A stretch of DNA of 43,618 nucleotides from the NCBI GenBank assembly GCA_026169045.1, contig JAPFDH010000081.1:1-43618 (forward strand), in the 5' to 3' direction. Source of the stretch: Lachnospiraceae bacterium (GTDB lineage: Bacteria > Bacillota > Clostridia > Lachnospirales > Lachnospiraceae). Shown piece after piece: positions 1-9,662 of this stretch; position 1 is the first letter of the stretch; each line of letters begins with the position of its first letter. The translations under genes and the position numbers were made by a program. The notes beneath the pieces were generated by a model that did no database searches, was not told the origin of the DNA, and was given only the letters and a program-made list of their open reading frames with translations.

Positions 1-115
1 AATTTCTTCATAATAGTCGGTAAAGATTCTTTGTAAAATATTCATAACTCTATTATGCATGAAAATGAAAAAAAAGAAACCCCTAACCCCTCAAGATTGA
101 GGGGAAGGGGAGTTG

Positions 116-137
116 AATAGGCGAAGCCTATTTTTTA
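116..137 (+). terminator. Terminator-like hairpin plus T-run (AATAGGC-GAA-GCCTATT-TTTTT), preceded by a second hairpin CCCCTCAA-GA-TTGAGGGG at 87-104
   Basis: Seen in the sequence. Likely terminates a gene lying left of the window. Confidence 0.35.
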
Positions 138-288
138 TGCACAGACAACGGGGTGTGGACGGATGTTTTCTTTTGGTACCAAATTTCTGAACAGTTATAA
201 AAATACAGGAATAATGTAATTATTTGGTGGAAAATAAAATGCTAAAATGCTATACTAGAAATAAAATATGAGAGTTCGGGAGGGGCAA

Positions 289-2523
289 ATGGTATCCATT
301 AAGAGAGATCGATTATTTTGGCAATACCTTCTTTCCTATATATGTATCTTTTGTGTCCCATTGACCATAATCTTCATTCTTATTTATGGAAGTGTGGGAA
401 AGCAAGTAACAGATCGGGTCGTCAAGGAAAATAAGCAGGGATTATCACGGGCAAAAGCCGTCATAGAAATTCAGTTGGGATATCTGCAGAATGCAAAAGA
501 GTATTTGTGTTCCAGTGTGGTATTTCCTAATTTTAATTTTGAAAAAAATACAACAAGGGCCATTGAAATTCAGGAAAAGTTAAGAGCCGGATTATTAATG
601 ACACCATTTGTATATGATATTATTTATTTTCAGGGGGAAAGTGATTACGTATTAGGTTCCAAATCTTCAGGAACCGTTTCCAGTTATGTGAATGATATGT
701 ATCACTATCTGAATATGGATGAAACATTGGTGGAATATAATCTGCGTCATATTGATGAGGACACATTTTGGAGAGTGCAGGATGTAAAACCCATTTGGCA
801 GAATACCGTAAAACTTATGACTTACATCATGCCGGTAAAGACGATAGACCGTAACGGTTCCAATAATCAATTTATTTTTTTGCTGCCGGAGACATTATTT
901 AATAATGCACTTCAGGAAGCCTTGGTAGAGGGTGGAGCCAGCTATATTTTGGATAAAAATGGGGAACTTCTGGTAGTCAATGGGGATGAATCCTTAGTTG
1001 AATATGCAATGATGGAGCAGGAAAAGGAAAAAATCTTGTCTGCTGAAGAAAATGAAACGAAAATAGGAAAAGACATTTATCGGACCAATTGCATTGAATC
1101 AGAAAATTATGGCTGGAAATATGTTGCTTTAATTCCTGAAGATCAGATAGCGGAGAGTGTCAGACAGATTTGGCTTCCTATGTTTGCTGTTATATTATTG
1201 TTTGCGGGTATCAGCGCTGTTTTTATTTTTTATTTTATGAAAAAAAATTTTCTTCCTATCTATCATTTGAAGGAATATGCTGGAGAGTTGGCTGTAGAGT
1301 CAAAAGGAGAAAAAAATGGTGTTGATGGAATCAAAAGAGCGCTGCAGTTAATGTCAATACAGAATGAGAAATTGCAAAGCATGATACAGGAAGGAGAGGC
1401 AGGATTCCGTAGCCTGTTTATTCGTGATTTATTGTATGGCAAAGTAATGGATCCTTCTGTGAGAAAAAAACAGGCTGATCAGTATGAGATACGGGTGGAT
1501 TGTGAGCGTTGGCAATGCGCAGTGATTTATTTTTCATCCAGAAGCGGGACACAAATACAAGAAATTGAGGATTTATTGGAAAGTGTGGCGCCTAAAAATA
1601 GCTATGCATGGATTTATCCCGATGCTGCCAATGAAAAATTGTATTTTATGGTGGGATATCGTGCCGGAAAGGAAAAATATGTAAGTGGATACTGGAAGCA
1701 GATTATGGAAACCAGTAGAATCCATGAAGGAGAAGCCGTTTGGATGGGCGTGGGACGGGCATATGAAAAAATAGAAGATATCAAAGAATCCCGTCAGGAA
1801 GCGGAACGTGCTTTGGATCTGCGTTTAGCAGAAAGCAAAGAGAACATATTTTTTTATGAAGAGATGTTACGCAGAAAGAAAGCTGTTTATTTGGAATTTT
1901 CCCAATTGGAGACAGCTGTTTTTCATAAAAATAAGGAAAAGATTTCAGAAATCCTGGAATGGTCTCAAACCCAACTGCAGGATCCGGAACTTTCGATTGA
2001 ATCAGTGCAGGAAAATTGTCATAAGTTGATTTTTTCACTTGGAAAGCTGGCGAACCGATTAAATAGAGAAGTATTTGGAGAAAGAAAGCTGGATTTGGAT
2101 GCAATCCGTCATTTATCTTTTTTCACCGTTTCCGAATTATTTGATAAAAGCAGGACATTATGTATGCATATTTTAGAATGGATGGAAGAAGAGACGAAAA
2201 AGGCGGATACGATGCAGCAGATTTTGGATTACATTGGACAAAACGTTTTTTGTTATGATTTAACGGCATCCAATATTGCAGAACAGTTCCATATGTCGGC
2301 ATCCTATCTTAGCCAGTATTTTAAGGCAAAGCAGGGAATCACAGTTTTAGATTATATCACCAATTTGAAAATGGACACAGCCAAAAATCTTCTGTTGACT
2401 ACGTCGCTTACTGTTTCACAAATTGCGGAACAGATCGGATATGCCAATGAAAAAACATTTACAAGGCGTTTTAAACAGATGATGGGAGTGACACCTGGGG
2501 AATATCGGAAAAAAGAAAAATAA
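289..2523 (+). CDS. AraC-family transcriptional regulator with N-terminal transmembrane/sensor domain (membrane-anchored sugar-responsive regulator)
   Basis: C-terminal AraC HTH signature (ASYLSQYFKAKQGITVLDYI...IAEQIGYANEKTFTRRFKQMMGVTPGEYRK). Hydrophobic segments near the N-terminus and mid-protein. Preferred start is ATG 289 after GGGAGGGG; the track start at 268 lacks an SD. Confidence 0.8.
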   Translation: MVSIKRDRLFWQYLLSYICIFCVPLTIIFILIYGSVGKQVTDRVVKENKQGLSRAKAVIEIQLGYLQNAKEYLCSSVVFPNFNFEKNTTRAIEIQEKLRAGLLMTPFVYDIIYFQGESDYVLGSKSSGTVSSYVNDMYHYLNMDETLVEYNLRHIDEDTFWRVQDVKPIWQNTVKLMTYIMPVKTIDRNGSNNQFIFLLPETLFNNALQEALVEGGASYILDKNGELLVVNGDESLVEYAMMEQEKEKILSAEENETKIGKDIYRTNCIESENYGWKYVALIPEDQIAESVRQIWLPMFAVILLFAGISAVFIFYFMKKNFLPIYHLKEYAGELAVESKGEKNGVDGIKRALQLMSIQNEKLQSMIQEGEAGFRSLFIRDLLYGKVMDPSVRKKQADQYEIRVDCERWQCAVIYFSSRSGTQIQEIEDLLESVAPKNSYAWIYPDAANEKLYFMVGYRAGKEKYVSGYWKQIMETSRIHEGEAVWMGVGRAYEKIEDIKESRQEAERALDLRLAESKENIFFYEEMLRRKKAVYLEFSQLETAVFHKNKEKISEILEWSQTQLQDPELSIESVQENCHKLIFSLGKLANRLNREVFGERKLDLDAIRHLSFFTVSELFDKSRTLCMHILEWMEEETKKADTMQQILDYIGQNVFCYDLTASNIAEQFHMSASYLSQYFKAKQGITVLDYITNLKMDTAKNLLLTTSLTVSQIAEQIGYANEKTFTRRFKQMMGVTPGEYRKKEK

Positions 2524-2544
2524 AACTGTAAAGAGAAAAATAGG

Positions 2545-2592
2545 AGAACGTGCGTTTTCAAACAGATACCAGTGTTTGAGAACGCACGTTCT
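2545..2592 (+). terminator. Long inverted repeat (about 20 bp stem) after the AraC-type gene; terminator/attenuator
   Basis: AGAACGTGCGTTTTCAAACA ... TGTTTGAGAACGCACGTTCT, followed by a weak T tract (CTTTAT). Confidence 0.5.
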
Positions 2593-2899
2593 TTATATGT
2601 AAAATGCATAAGGTTTTCCTGGGGAAAAATGAAAAAAATATAAATATGGTAAAAAAAGAATAGAAAAAGTAAGTTTTTTATAAAAAAAACAGGGGTAAAA
2701 AAGTGGGGGGTTCTAAAAAAATGGGGTATTAAGAAGGGGATTTTATCTCTCACGTCTATCAAAAAGTGGTAAAAATGTTCATAATGCACAATAAATATAA
2801 GCGAAATTGTATGAAATAAAGAAAGTTGAATAAAGTGTGAACGAGAAATATAATAAGCGCATAACAAATATTGATCAAAAAGAAAAGGAGAAGAGGGTT

Positions 2900-3871
2900 A
2901 TGTTTGGAAAAAAGAAAGATGCCGGAGGAAGCGCTGTCCTTTACGCATCAAAAAAGAAGAAATTTTCAGAACGCCTGAGATTTTCTTTTAGCCATCATTA
3001 TGAACTATATCTTTTGGCACTGCCCACATTGATATATGTATTTATCTTTTGTTATATTCCAATTTATGGATTACAGATGGCTTTTCAGAATTTTTCCATA
3101 GCAAAAGGATTTGGAGAAAGTGAGTGGGTGGGATTTAAGCATTTTATAAAGTTCTTTAATTCCTATCAATTCTGGCCTACATTGTGGAATACGGTTTCAT
3201 TGAGTTTTTACAGTTTGATTGCCGGTTTCTTTCCACCTATCATATTGGCACTGCTTCTTCATCATGTTAAGGCAAGAAAATTTGGTAAAGTAGTACAGAT
3301 GGTAACATATGCTCCTCACTTTATTTCAGTGGTAGTTTTGGCTAGTATGCTTCGTTTGATGTTATCTCCAAGCAGCGGTGTTATTAATACCATGATTGAG
3401 TTTTTTGGAGGAGAGGAAGTTGACTTTATGGGGTCGGCAAATCTATTTCCCCATATCTATGTGTGGTCCGGTGTATGGCAAGGTATGGGCTGGGGCAGTA
3501 TCATCTATCTGTCAGCACTTTGTGGAATTAGTCCGGAGTTATATGAGGCGGCGAAGATGGACGGAGCGGGAGAGTTTCAGAGAATCCTTCACGTAGATAT
3601 TCCGGGTCTTATGCCTACAATTGTGACCATGTTGATCTTAAATTCAGGGCAGATTATGAATGTTGGAATGCAGAAAGTATTGCTGCTTCAGACACCATTG
3701 AATTTGGAGACATCCGAGATTATTTCTACCTATGTATATAAGTCTGGTATTTTAAGTGCACGTTATAGCTATTCCGCGGCAGTAGGGCTTTTCCAGTCGG
3801 TGGTAAATGTAATTATGTTGGTTACGGTAAATACCATTTCACGTAAGGTATCTGAAAATAGTTTATGGTAG
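2900..3871 (+). CDS. Carbohydrate ABC transporter permease (LplB/YteP-like, polysaccharide ABC permease)
   Basis: Multi-TM protein with a conserved permease EAA-region (SALCGISPELYEAAKMDGAGEFQRILHVDIPG). Start ATG 2900 preceded by AAAAGGAGAAGAGGG. Confidence 0.8.
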   Translation: MFGKKKDAGGSAVLYASKKKKFSERLRFSFSHHYELYLLALPTLIYVFIFCYIPIYGLQMAFQNFSIAKGFGESEWVGFKHFIKFFNSYQFWPTLWNTVSLSFYSLIAGFFPPIILALLLHHVKARKFGKVVQMVTYAPHFISVVVLASMLRLMLSPSSGVINTMIEFFGGEEVDFMGSANLFPHIYVWSGVWQGMGWGSIIYLSALCGISPELYEAAKMDGAGEFQRILHVDIPGLMPTIVTMLILNSGQIMNVGMQKVLLLQTPLNLETSEIISTYVYKSGILSARYSYSAAVGLFQSVVNVIMLVTVNTISRKVSENSLW

Positions 3872-3882
3872 GAGAGAAAAAA

Positions 3883-4788
3883 ATGGCAAGGGAAAAACGA
3901 TTGAAGTTTAGACGTTCCAGGGGCGATTTAATATATTCTGTCGTTACATATATTATCCTGGGTTTCTTATTTTTGATAACGTTGTATCCGTTATATTTTG
4001 TGGTAATTGCATCTTTTTCCGATCCGGCGCTGGTCAATTCCGGTCAGATTGTACTTTTACCGAAGGGACTGGATTTTAGAGGATATGAGAGAATTTTTGA
4101 GCTGGATCGTGTATGGCATGGATACTTAATGTCCATCTATTATACATTATTTGGTACATTGTTTAATTTGTTTTTAACATTTACAATTGCATATGTGTTA
4201 ACCAGAAAAGACTTTATGGCACGAAATTTCTTCATGAAATTTCTGATGTTAACCATGTTCTTTGGAGGTGGTCTGATTCCTACCTTTATTCTGGTTCAGG
4301 ATTTGGGATTATACGACACACCACTGACTTTGATTATTTATGGCGGTGTCAGTGTTTACAATGTTATTGTCACAAAATCAACATTGGAAAATACCATTCC
4401 ATATGAAATGTACGAGGCAGCCGCGATCGATGGATGCGGTCAGATCAAATTTTTTGTTCAGTTTGTATTACCGTTATCCAAAGCAATTATTGCGGTTATG
4501 GCATTGTTCTATGCTGTAGGACATTGGAATGATTTTATGAATGCTTTGATTTATACAAACAGTGAAGAATTGCAGCCATTACAGTTGGTATTGAGAAACA
4601 TATTAATTGAAGGGGAAATGCTTGCAAATGAAAATCTGGATCCGGATTTAGCTTTACTTCGTCAACAACAGGCAGAATTGATGAAATATGGTTTGATTGT
4701 TGTAGCTAGTATCCCGCTTTTGGTTGCATACCCATTTATTCAGAAATTCTTTACACAGGGTATTATGATTGGTTCCGTAAAGGGATGA
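3883..4788 (+). CDS. Carbohydrate ABC transporter permease (LplC/YtcP-like)
   Basis: Six predicted TM segments and an EAA-like motif (YEAAAIDGCGQIKFFVQFVLP). Start ATG 3883 after TAGGAGAG; overlaps the upstream stop. Confidence 0.8.
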   Translation: MAREKRLKFRRSRGDLIYSVVTYIILGFLFLITLYPLYFVVIASFSDPALVNSGQIVLLPKGLDFRGYERIFELDRVWHGYLMSIYYTLFGTLFNLFLTFTIAYVLTRKDFMARNFFMKFLMLTMFFGGGLIPTFILVQDLGLYDTPLTLIIYGGVSVYNVIVTKSTLENTIPYEMYEAAAIDGCGQIKFFVQFVLPLSKAIIAVMALFYAVGHWNDFMNALIYTNSEELQPLQLVLRNILIEGEMLANENLDPDLALLRQQQAELMKYGLIVVASIPLLVAYPFIQKFFTQGIMIGSVKG

Positions 4789-4897
4789 GTTTATCGGAAG
4801 GTTATGGTATTGAATTATGACAGATAGGTGCAGAGAAAGAATATAGAAATTATCGGCATCTATCTGTTACAAGATAAATAGAAAGGAAGAAAGAGAT

Positions 4898-6622
4898 ATG
4901 AGAAAAAACAAGAAAAAAGTGATGTATCTTTCCATGGCTGCAATTATGCTTTTGACGGCCGGATGTGGAAACGGAAAGACAACAACAGAGGAGACGAAAA
5001 CAAGCGAAACAAAGGCAGAAGCATCAAATGAAGGAACGGATGAAACCAAAGGTGGAGAAAGCGGAGAAAGAGAAATGGGAGAATCCGGTGTTTATAAGAC
5101 AGGACTTCCCATTGTTGATGAAGAACAGACTCTGAAAGTATTGGCAATTCAGAACGATCCGGATGTTTCTCCGGAAGACAGTGTATTCGTACAGGAAATT
5201 GCAGAGCAGACAGGCGTTAAGATTGAGTGGGAGACGGTTCAGAAGACAGCTTGGCCGGAGAAGAAAGGTTTGTTATTTGCCAGTGGAGAACTGCCGGATG
5301 TTATTTTAGGAGGAGATTTTACAGATTCCGAACTGTTGACCATGGCAGATGGCGGTCAGATTCTTCCATTAAATGATTTAATTGAAGAATACGGAGAAAA
5401 CTTTAAGCAGATATGCAGCGAAGATGAGAATTTGATTAAAGATATTACAGCTCCTGACGGAAATATTTATGGTTTGCCATATTATATGTCCGGTGTAGAT
5501 GAATCCCTTAAGGCAGTGGCATCTACCCGTGAAATGCTGTATATTAACCAGGATTGGCTGGATAAGCTGGGATTGGAAATGCCGACGACAACCGAAGAAT
5601 TTAAAGAAGTATTGATCGCATTTCGTGATGGAGACCCCAATGGAAACGGAAAAGCGGATGAAATCGGTCTTTCCGCAGTAGAAACAACTGCAGCAGGAAT
5701 ATTTGATATGTGGTTTGGTTCTTTCGGTATAGTACCAGCAAACAGTGTGGCAAATTACAAAAATATCATGTTAAAAGATGGTAAGGTAGCATATGCAGCA
5801 GTTCAGCCGGAATACAAAGAAGCAATCAAATATTTCCATGAATTATGGCAGGAAGGTTTGATCGATAAGGAAAGCTTTACACAGGATAGTTCCATGTGGA
5901 CAGCGAAACTGAAGAATCCGGGAGATCGTACGGTAGGTGCATTCAGTGCATGGAGAGGAACATCCTTCCGTCTGGATGATAACGATGATGAATATGTTGT
6001 GATGCCTCCGTTAAAAGGACCTGACGGCGATTGCCTCTATCCAAAATATTATTATGGTGTTACCAGCCGTGGAAGTTATGTAATCACATCGGCTTGTGAG
6101 AATCCGGAACTGGCTATGCGCTGGGGTGATAATCTGGTTGCTCCATTGAATTCCTACCAGAACTGGACAGATACAAAGATCGGATATAGCATTCAGTTAA
6201 ACGAAGCTGGTGATCAGTTTGAATTAATTGAGCCACAGCCAGAATTTGGAACAGCAGAATATAAGAAACAGATTGGTAAATATGGTTTGACTTGTGTTTC
6301 TGCCAGCACAATGGCGATGAAACCAGATGATCCTAATCCATTGAGTGTAGATAATGAAGTAGCACAGGGAAAACCGATCTATAGCCCATACTTCCCAGAA
6401 GAATATTATCCAAATACATTCTTATCTTTGGAAGAATCGGAACTGGTCAGCGAACTTCAGGCAGATATTGAAGAATATGTAAAACAAATGTATGCTAAAT
6501 GGATCAGTGAAGGTGGTATTGATGAAGAATGGGATAGCTATTTAGCAAAACTGGATTCCATGGGACTTGCTGAATACTTAGCACAATATCAGAGTGCACT
6601 GGATCGTTATAATGCACAATAA
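4898..6622 (+). CDS. Extracellular solute-binding lipoprotein of a sugar ABC transporter (LplA-like, family 1 SBP)
   Basis: Signal peptide plus lipobox (LLTAGCGNG). Length and composition typical of large Firmicutes oligosaccharide SBPs. SD GAAAGGAAG upstream. Confidence 0.8.
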   Translation: MRKNKKKVMYLSMAAIMLLTAGCGNGKTTTEETKTSETKAEASNEGTDETKGGESGEREMGESGVYKTGLPIVDEEQTLKVLAIQNDPDVSPEDSVFVQEIAEQTGVKIEWETVQKTAWPEKKGLLFASGELPDVILGGDFTDSELLTMADGGQILPLNDLIEEYGENFKQICSEDENLIKDITAPDGNIYGLPYYMSGVDESLKAVASTREMLYINQDWLDKLGLEMPTTTEEFKEVLIAFRDGDPNGNGKADEIGLSAVETTAAGIFDMWFGSFGIVPANSVANYKNIMLKDGKVAYAAVQPEYKEAIKYFHELWQEGLIDKESFTQDSSMWTAKLKNPGDRTVGAFSAWRGTSFRLDDNDDEYVVMPPLKGPDGDCLYPKYYYGVTSRGSYVITSACENPELAMRWGDNLVAPLNSYQNWTDTKIGYSIQLNEAGDQFELIEPQPEFGTAEYKKQIGKYGLTCVSASTMAMKPDDPNPLSVDNEVAQGKPIYSPYFPEEYYPNTFLSLEESELVSELQADIEEYVKQMYAKWISEGGIDEEWDSYLAKLDSMGLAEYLAQYQSALDRYNAQ

Positions 6623-6679
6623 ATCCTTTGGCGCAGCGGTTTTCCGCTGCGCCATGTGGCAGAGAGGAGAAACGTAAAA

Positions 6680-8434
6680 ATGGGAAAGCAGGATACACTG
6701 GATTGGTGGCGTGAAGCACGGTTTGGTATGTTCATTCATTTTGGATTGTATTCCGCTATGGAAGGAATCTGGAAGGGGGAAGAGGTACCTGGTTTGGGAG
6801 AATGGGCACAGTGCAGAGCCCGTATCCCGGTGGAAGAATATAAAAAAAATGCAGAAAAAGTCACATTGGAAGAGTTTGATGCAGAAAAATATGTTCAGCT
6901 GGCCAAGGATGCAGGAATGAAATATATTGTATTCACAGCAAAACATCATGATGGATTTGCCATGTATGATTCCAAATACAGTGATTATAATATTGTTAAG
7001 ATGGGGCCAAGCGGGCGGGATCCGGCAAAGGAATTGGCAGAAGCAGCGAAGAAAGCCGGATTAACCATGTGTTTCTATTATAGCCAGGCTTTGGATTGGG
7101 AAGATCCGGATGCTACTGGAAACGATTGGGATTATGATCCTGAGAAAAAAGATTTCAGACGCTTTTTGGATGGAAAATGTAAACATCAGTTAAAAGAAAT
7201 TCTGACAAATTATGGAGATTTAGGTCTGGTATGGTTTGACGTTCCCCGCGGAATTTCCAGGGAACAAAGCATTGAAGTAAGGGATTATGTGAAGAGTATT
7301 CAGCCGAATTGTCTTGTCAGCGGCCGAATTTCTTATCATACGGATATCGGTGATTATGGTTCCCTTGGAGATAATGAAATACCGGCAGGAAAACTGGAAG
7401 GCGACTGGGAAACTCCGGCAACATTAAATCATACATGGGGTTATAAGGGAAGTGACCATCATTGGAAAAAACCGGAAGAGCTGATCCGGTTGATGACAGA
7501 ATTATTGAGTAAGGGTGTAAATTACTTATTAAACATCGGTCCTATGGCAAGCGGAAAAATCCCAGAGGAAAGCGTGTACCTTTTAAAAGAAGTTGGAAAA
7601 TGGGTACATCTGAATGAGGAAGCTGTATATGGTACAAAACAAACCCCATTCTCTGTGGATTTTGATTGGGGAAAAGCCAGCCAAAAGGGAAATACGATTT
7701 ATCTCTATTTGTTCCATCGGAAAACGGATCTGGAAATTTCCGGTATTCGAAATCATATTAAAAAAGCAATTTTGATCGGAGAAGAAAATCAGGAAGTCGG
7801 TGTGGAAGAACAGCATAACGATGTACTGGATGAGCATATTGTTAAATTGACAATACCAGAGTCAAAAAATCCTTATATGGATGTGATCAAACTGGAATTG
7901 GATGGAGCCATTGATGTGAAAGATGGATTATACCAGCAGGCAGAAGGGCGTATTGATCTTCCGGCATATGCTGCTAAATTGGAAGGCGGAAAGAAAATAC
8001 GGAAAGAAGAAGAGGCTGAGTCTGCAGAGCGTGAGGCAGAGAAGGATGGAACCATCCGAAGTGACGAAATACAGTTGGATAAAAACGGTATGATTTCTCA
8101 GTGGTTTGATACAGAGGGAAAGGCTCAGTGGAAATTTATGGTATATAAGCCAGGTACCTACCGTGTATCGATAGCAACACGTTCCACAAAATATACCGAA
8201 TGGGTGGGTGGACATACCGTATGTATCACATGCAACGGACAGACAATGAAAAAAACATTGGAGGCGGATCGGCCTCTTCCATTTGCGGATCGCTTTTTCT
8301 TTGATGATCAGATCAGTGATGTGGGAACAGTAACGTTTGATCAACCGGGAGAAGTTGTATTGGAGTTGACCATGGAGCAGTATAATCAAAAAGATGCTGC
8401 CGGATTGTGTGTCAATAAAGTTATTTTGGAGTAA
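6680..8434 (+). CDS. alpha-L-fucosidase, glycoside hydrolase family 29, with a C-terminal extra (carbohydrate-binding-like) domain
   Basis: GH29 N-terminal signature DWWREARFGMFIHFGLYS and HHDGFAMYDS. Preferred start ATG 6680 after GAGAGGAGAAACG. Confidence 0.85.
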   Translation: MGKQDTLDWWREARFGMFIHFGLYSAMEGIWKGEEVPGLGEWAQCRARIPVEEYKKNAEKVTLEEFDAEKYVQLAKDAGMKYIVFTAKHHDGFAMYDSKYSDYNIVKMGPSGRDPAKELAEAAKKAGLTMCFYYSQALDWEDPDATGNDWDYDPEKKDFRRFLDGKCKHQLKEILTNYGDLGLVWFDVPRGISREQSIEVRDYVKSIQPNCLVSGRISYHTDIGDYGSLGDNEIPAGKLEGDWETPATLNHTWGYKGSDHHWKKPEELIRLMTELLSKGVNYLLNIGPMASGKIPEESVYLLKEVGKWVHLNEEAVYGTKQTPFSVDFDWGKASQKGNTIYLYLFHRKTDLEISGIRNHIKKAILIGEENQEVGVEEQHNDVLDEHIVKLTIPESKNPYMDVIKLELDGAIDVKDGLYQQAEGRIDLPAYAAKLEGGKKIRKEEEAESAEREAEKDGTIRSDEIQLDKNGMISQWFDTEGKAQWKFMVYKPGTYRVSIATRSTKYTEWVGGHTVCITCNGQTMKKTLEADRPLPFADRFFFDDQISDVGTVTFDQPGEVVLELTMEQYNQKDAAGLCVNKVILE

Positions 8435-8463
8435 AAAATAATTGGGGTGTAGAGATCAGATAG

Positions 8464-8502
8464 ACCGCCGGAATGTTTGAATGGAACATTCCGGCGGTTT
8501 TG
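8464..8502 (+). terminator. Rho-independent terminator
   Basis: ACCGCCGGAATGTT-TGAATG-GAACATTCCGGCGGT followed by TTTTG. Confidence 0.75.
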
Positions 8503-8620
8503 TAAAAAAATAAAAAAGGGGATTCCATTGTATTGGTAAAGTAGTATAATAGAGGATACTGTAAAAGAGAAATTATTAGGGGAAAAATAACAACAAAAGG
8601 GAAATGAGGGAGGTTTTATT

Positions 8621-9619
8621 ATGAAGGAATGGATCAGACAGCTTCCATCTACCGAACCTACAGATGCACAAAAAGCACAGATGGCGCGAAAGTATGGAAT
8701 GTTTCTGCATTTTGGTGTTAATACATTTGGAAATGTGGAATGGTCGGATGGAGGAATTGATGCAAGATCCTATCAGCCGGAAGAAATTGATGCGGACGGA
8801 TGGGTAAAAACAGCGTACGAAGCGGGTATGAATTATGTGATTTTGATTACAAAGCATCACGATGGATTTTGTCTGTGGGATACGAAATATACAGAGTATT
8901 GTGTGAGAAATTCCGGGAATCCGACGGATGTTGTTGCTGAAGTGGCAAAAGCATGTAAAAAATATGGCATTCAGCTGGGCTTGTACTATTCTTTGTGGGA
9001 TAGAAAAGAACCGACTTATGAAAAAGATTTTACGGATGGTTATATTCCTTATATGCTGAATCAGCTTACAGAATTGATGGATGGCAGATATGGTGAAATT
9101 ATAGAATTGTGGCTGGATGGTCCATGGGAAAAATATTGTGAACAGTGGAGATATGATTTGATTTATGATACAGTGAAACGACTGCAGCCCAATTGTCAGA
9201 TCGGCATTAATCATACCATTGGAAGATGTGGTTTGGGAAATCCTGAGGAACGATATCGTCCGTGTAACTATCAGGAAGGCGATCCTATCCGTAATTTTCC
9301 ATCGGATTTTCGTCTGTGGGATCCTTTCCCATGCCGGGAAGATGATCCGAAACTATATATGCATGATGGACAGTTATATTACATGCCATTTGAAATGACC
9401 ATCTGTTCCAGAGAAGGATTTAGTTGGTTCTATTCCAATATTTATGAACAAAAGCCTTTGCTGGATGTGGAAGATACCGTAGAAAAAATAAAGACTGCAT
9501 TTAAAGCCAGCAATATGGTCGTTATTAACATGCCTCCCAATACGAAAGGCAGGCTTTGTGAATCGGATGTGGAACACTTAATGGAAATTTCCAAAAAATT
9601 GGGAATGGCCAGAATATAG
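8621..9619 (+). CDS. alpha-L-fucosidase, GH29 (short, catalytic-domain-only form)
   Basis: YGMFLHFGVNTFGNVEWSDG, KHHDGFCLWDT, YYSLWD motifs. SD GAGGGAGG. Confidence 0.8.
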   Translation: MKEWIRQLPSTEPTDAQKAQMARKYGMFLHFGVNTFGNVEWSDGGIDARSYQPEEIDADGWVKTAYEAGMNYVILITKHHDGFCLWDTKYTEYCVRNSGNPTDVVAEVAKACKKYGIQLGLYYSLWDRKEPTYEKDFTDGYIPYMLNQLTELMDGRYGEIIELWLDGPWEKYCEQWRYDLIYDTVKRLQPNCQIGINHTIGRCGLGNPEERYRPCNYQEGDPIRNFPSDFRLWDPFPCREDDPKLYMHDGQLYYMPFEMTICSREGFSWFYSNIYEQKPLLDVEDTVEKIKTAFKASNMVVINMPPNTKGRLCESDVEHLMEISKKLGMARI

Positions 9620-9662
9620 GTAAAAAAACGGAAATGGTTCGATCAGAGAGGGATAGGGGAAT

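Noticed and set aside
1-60. Possible minus-strand gene start (MNILQRIFTDYYEEI..., ATG at 45 or 60) running off the left edge
   Set aside because: No SD. Terminator-like hairpins at 87-137 sit in what would be its promoter region. Too short to evaluate.
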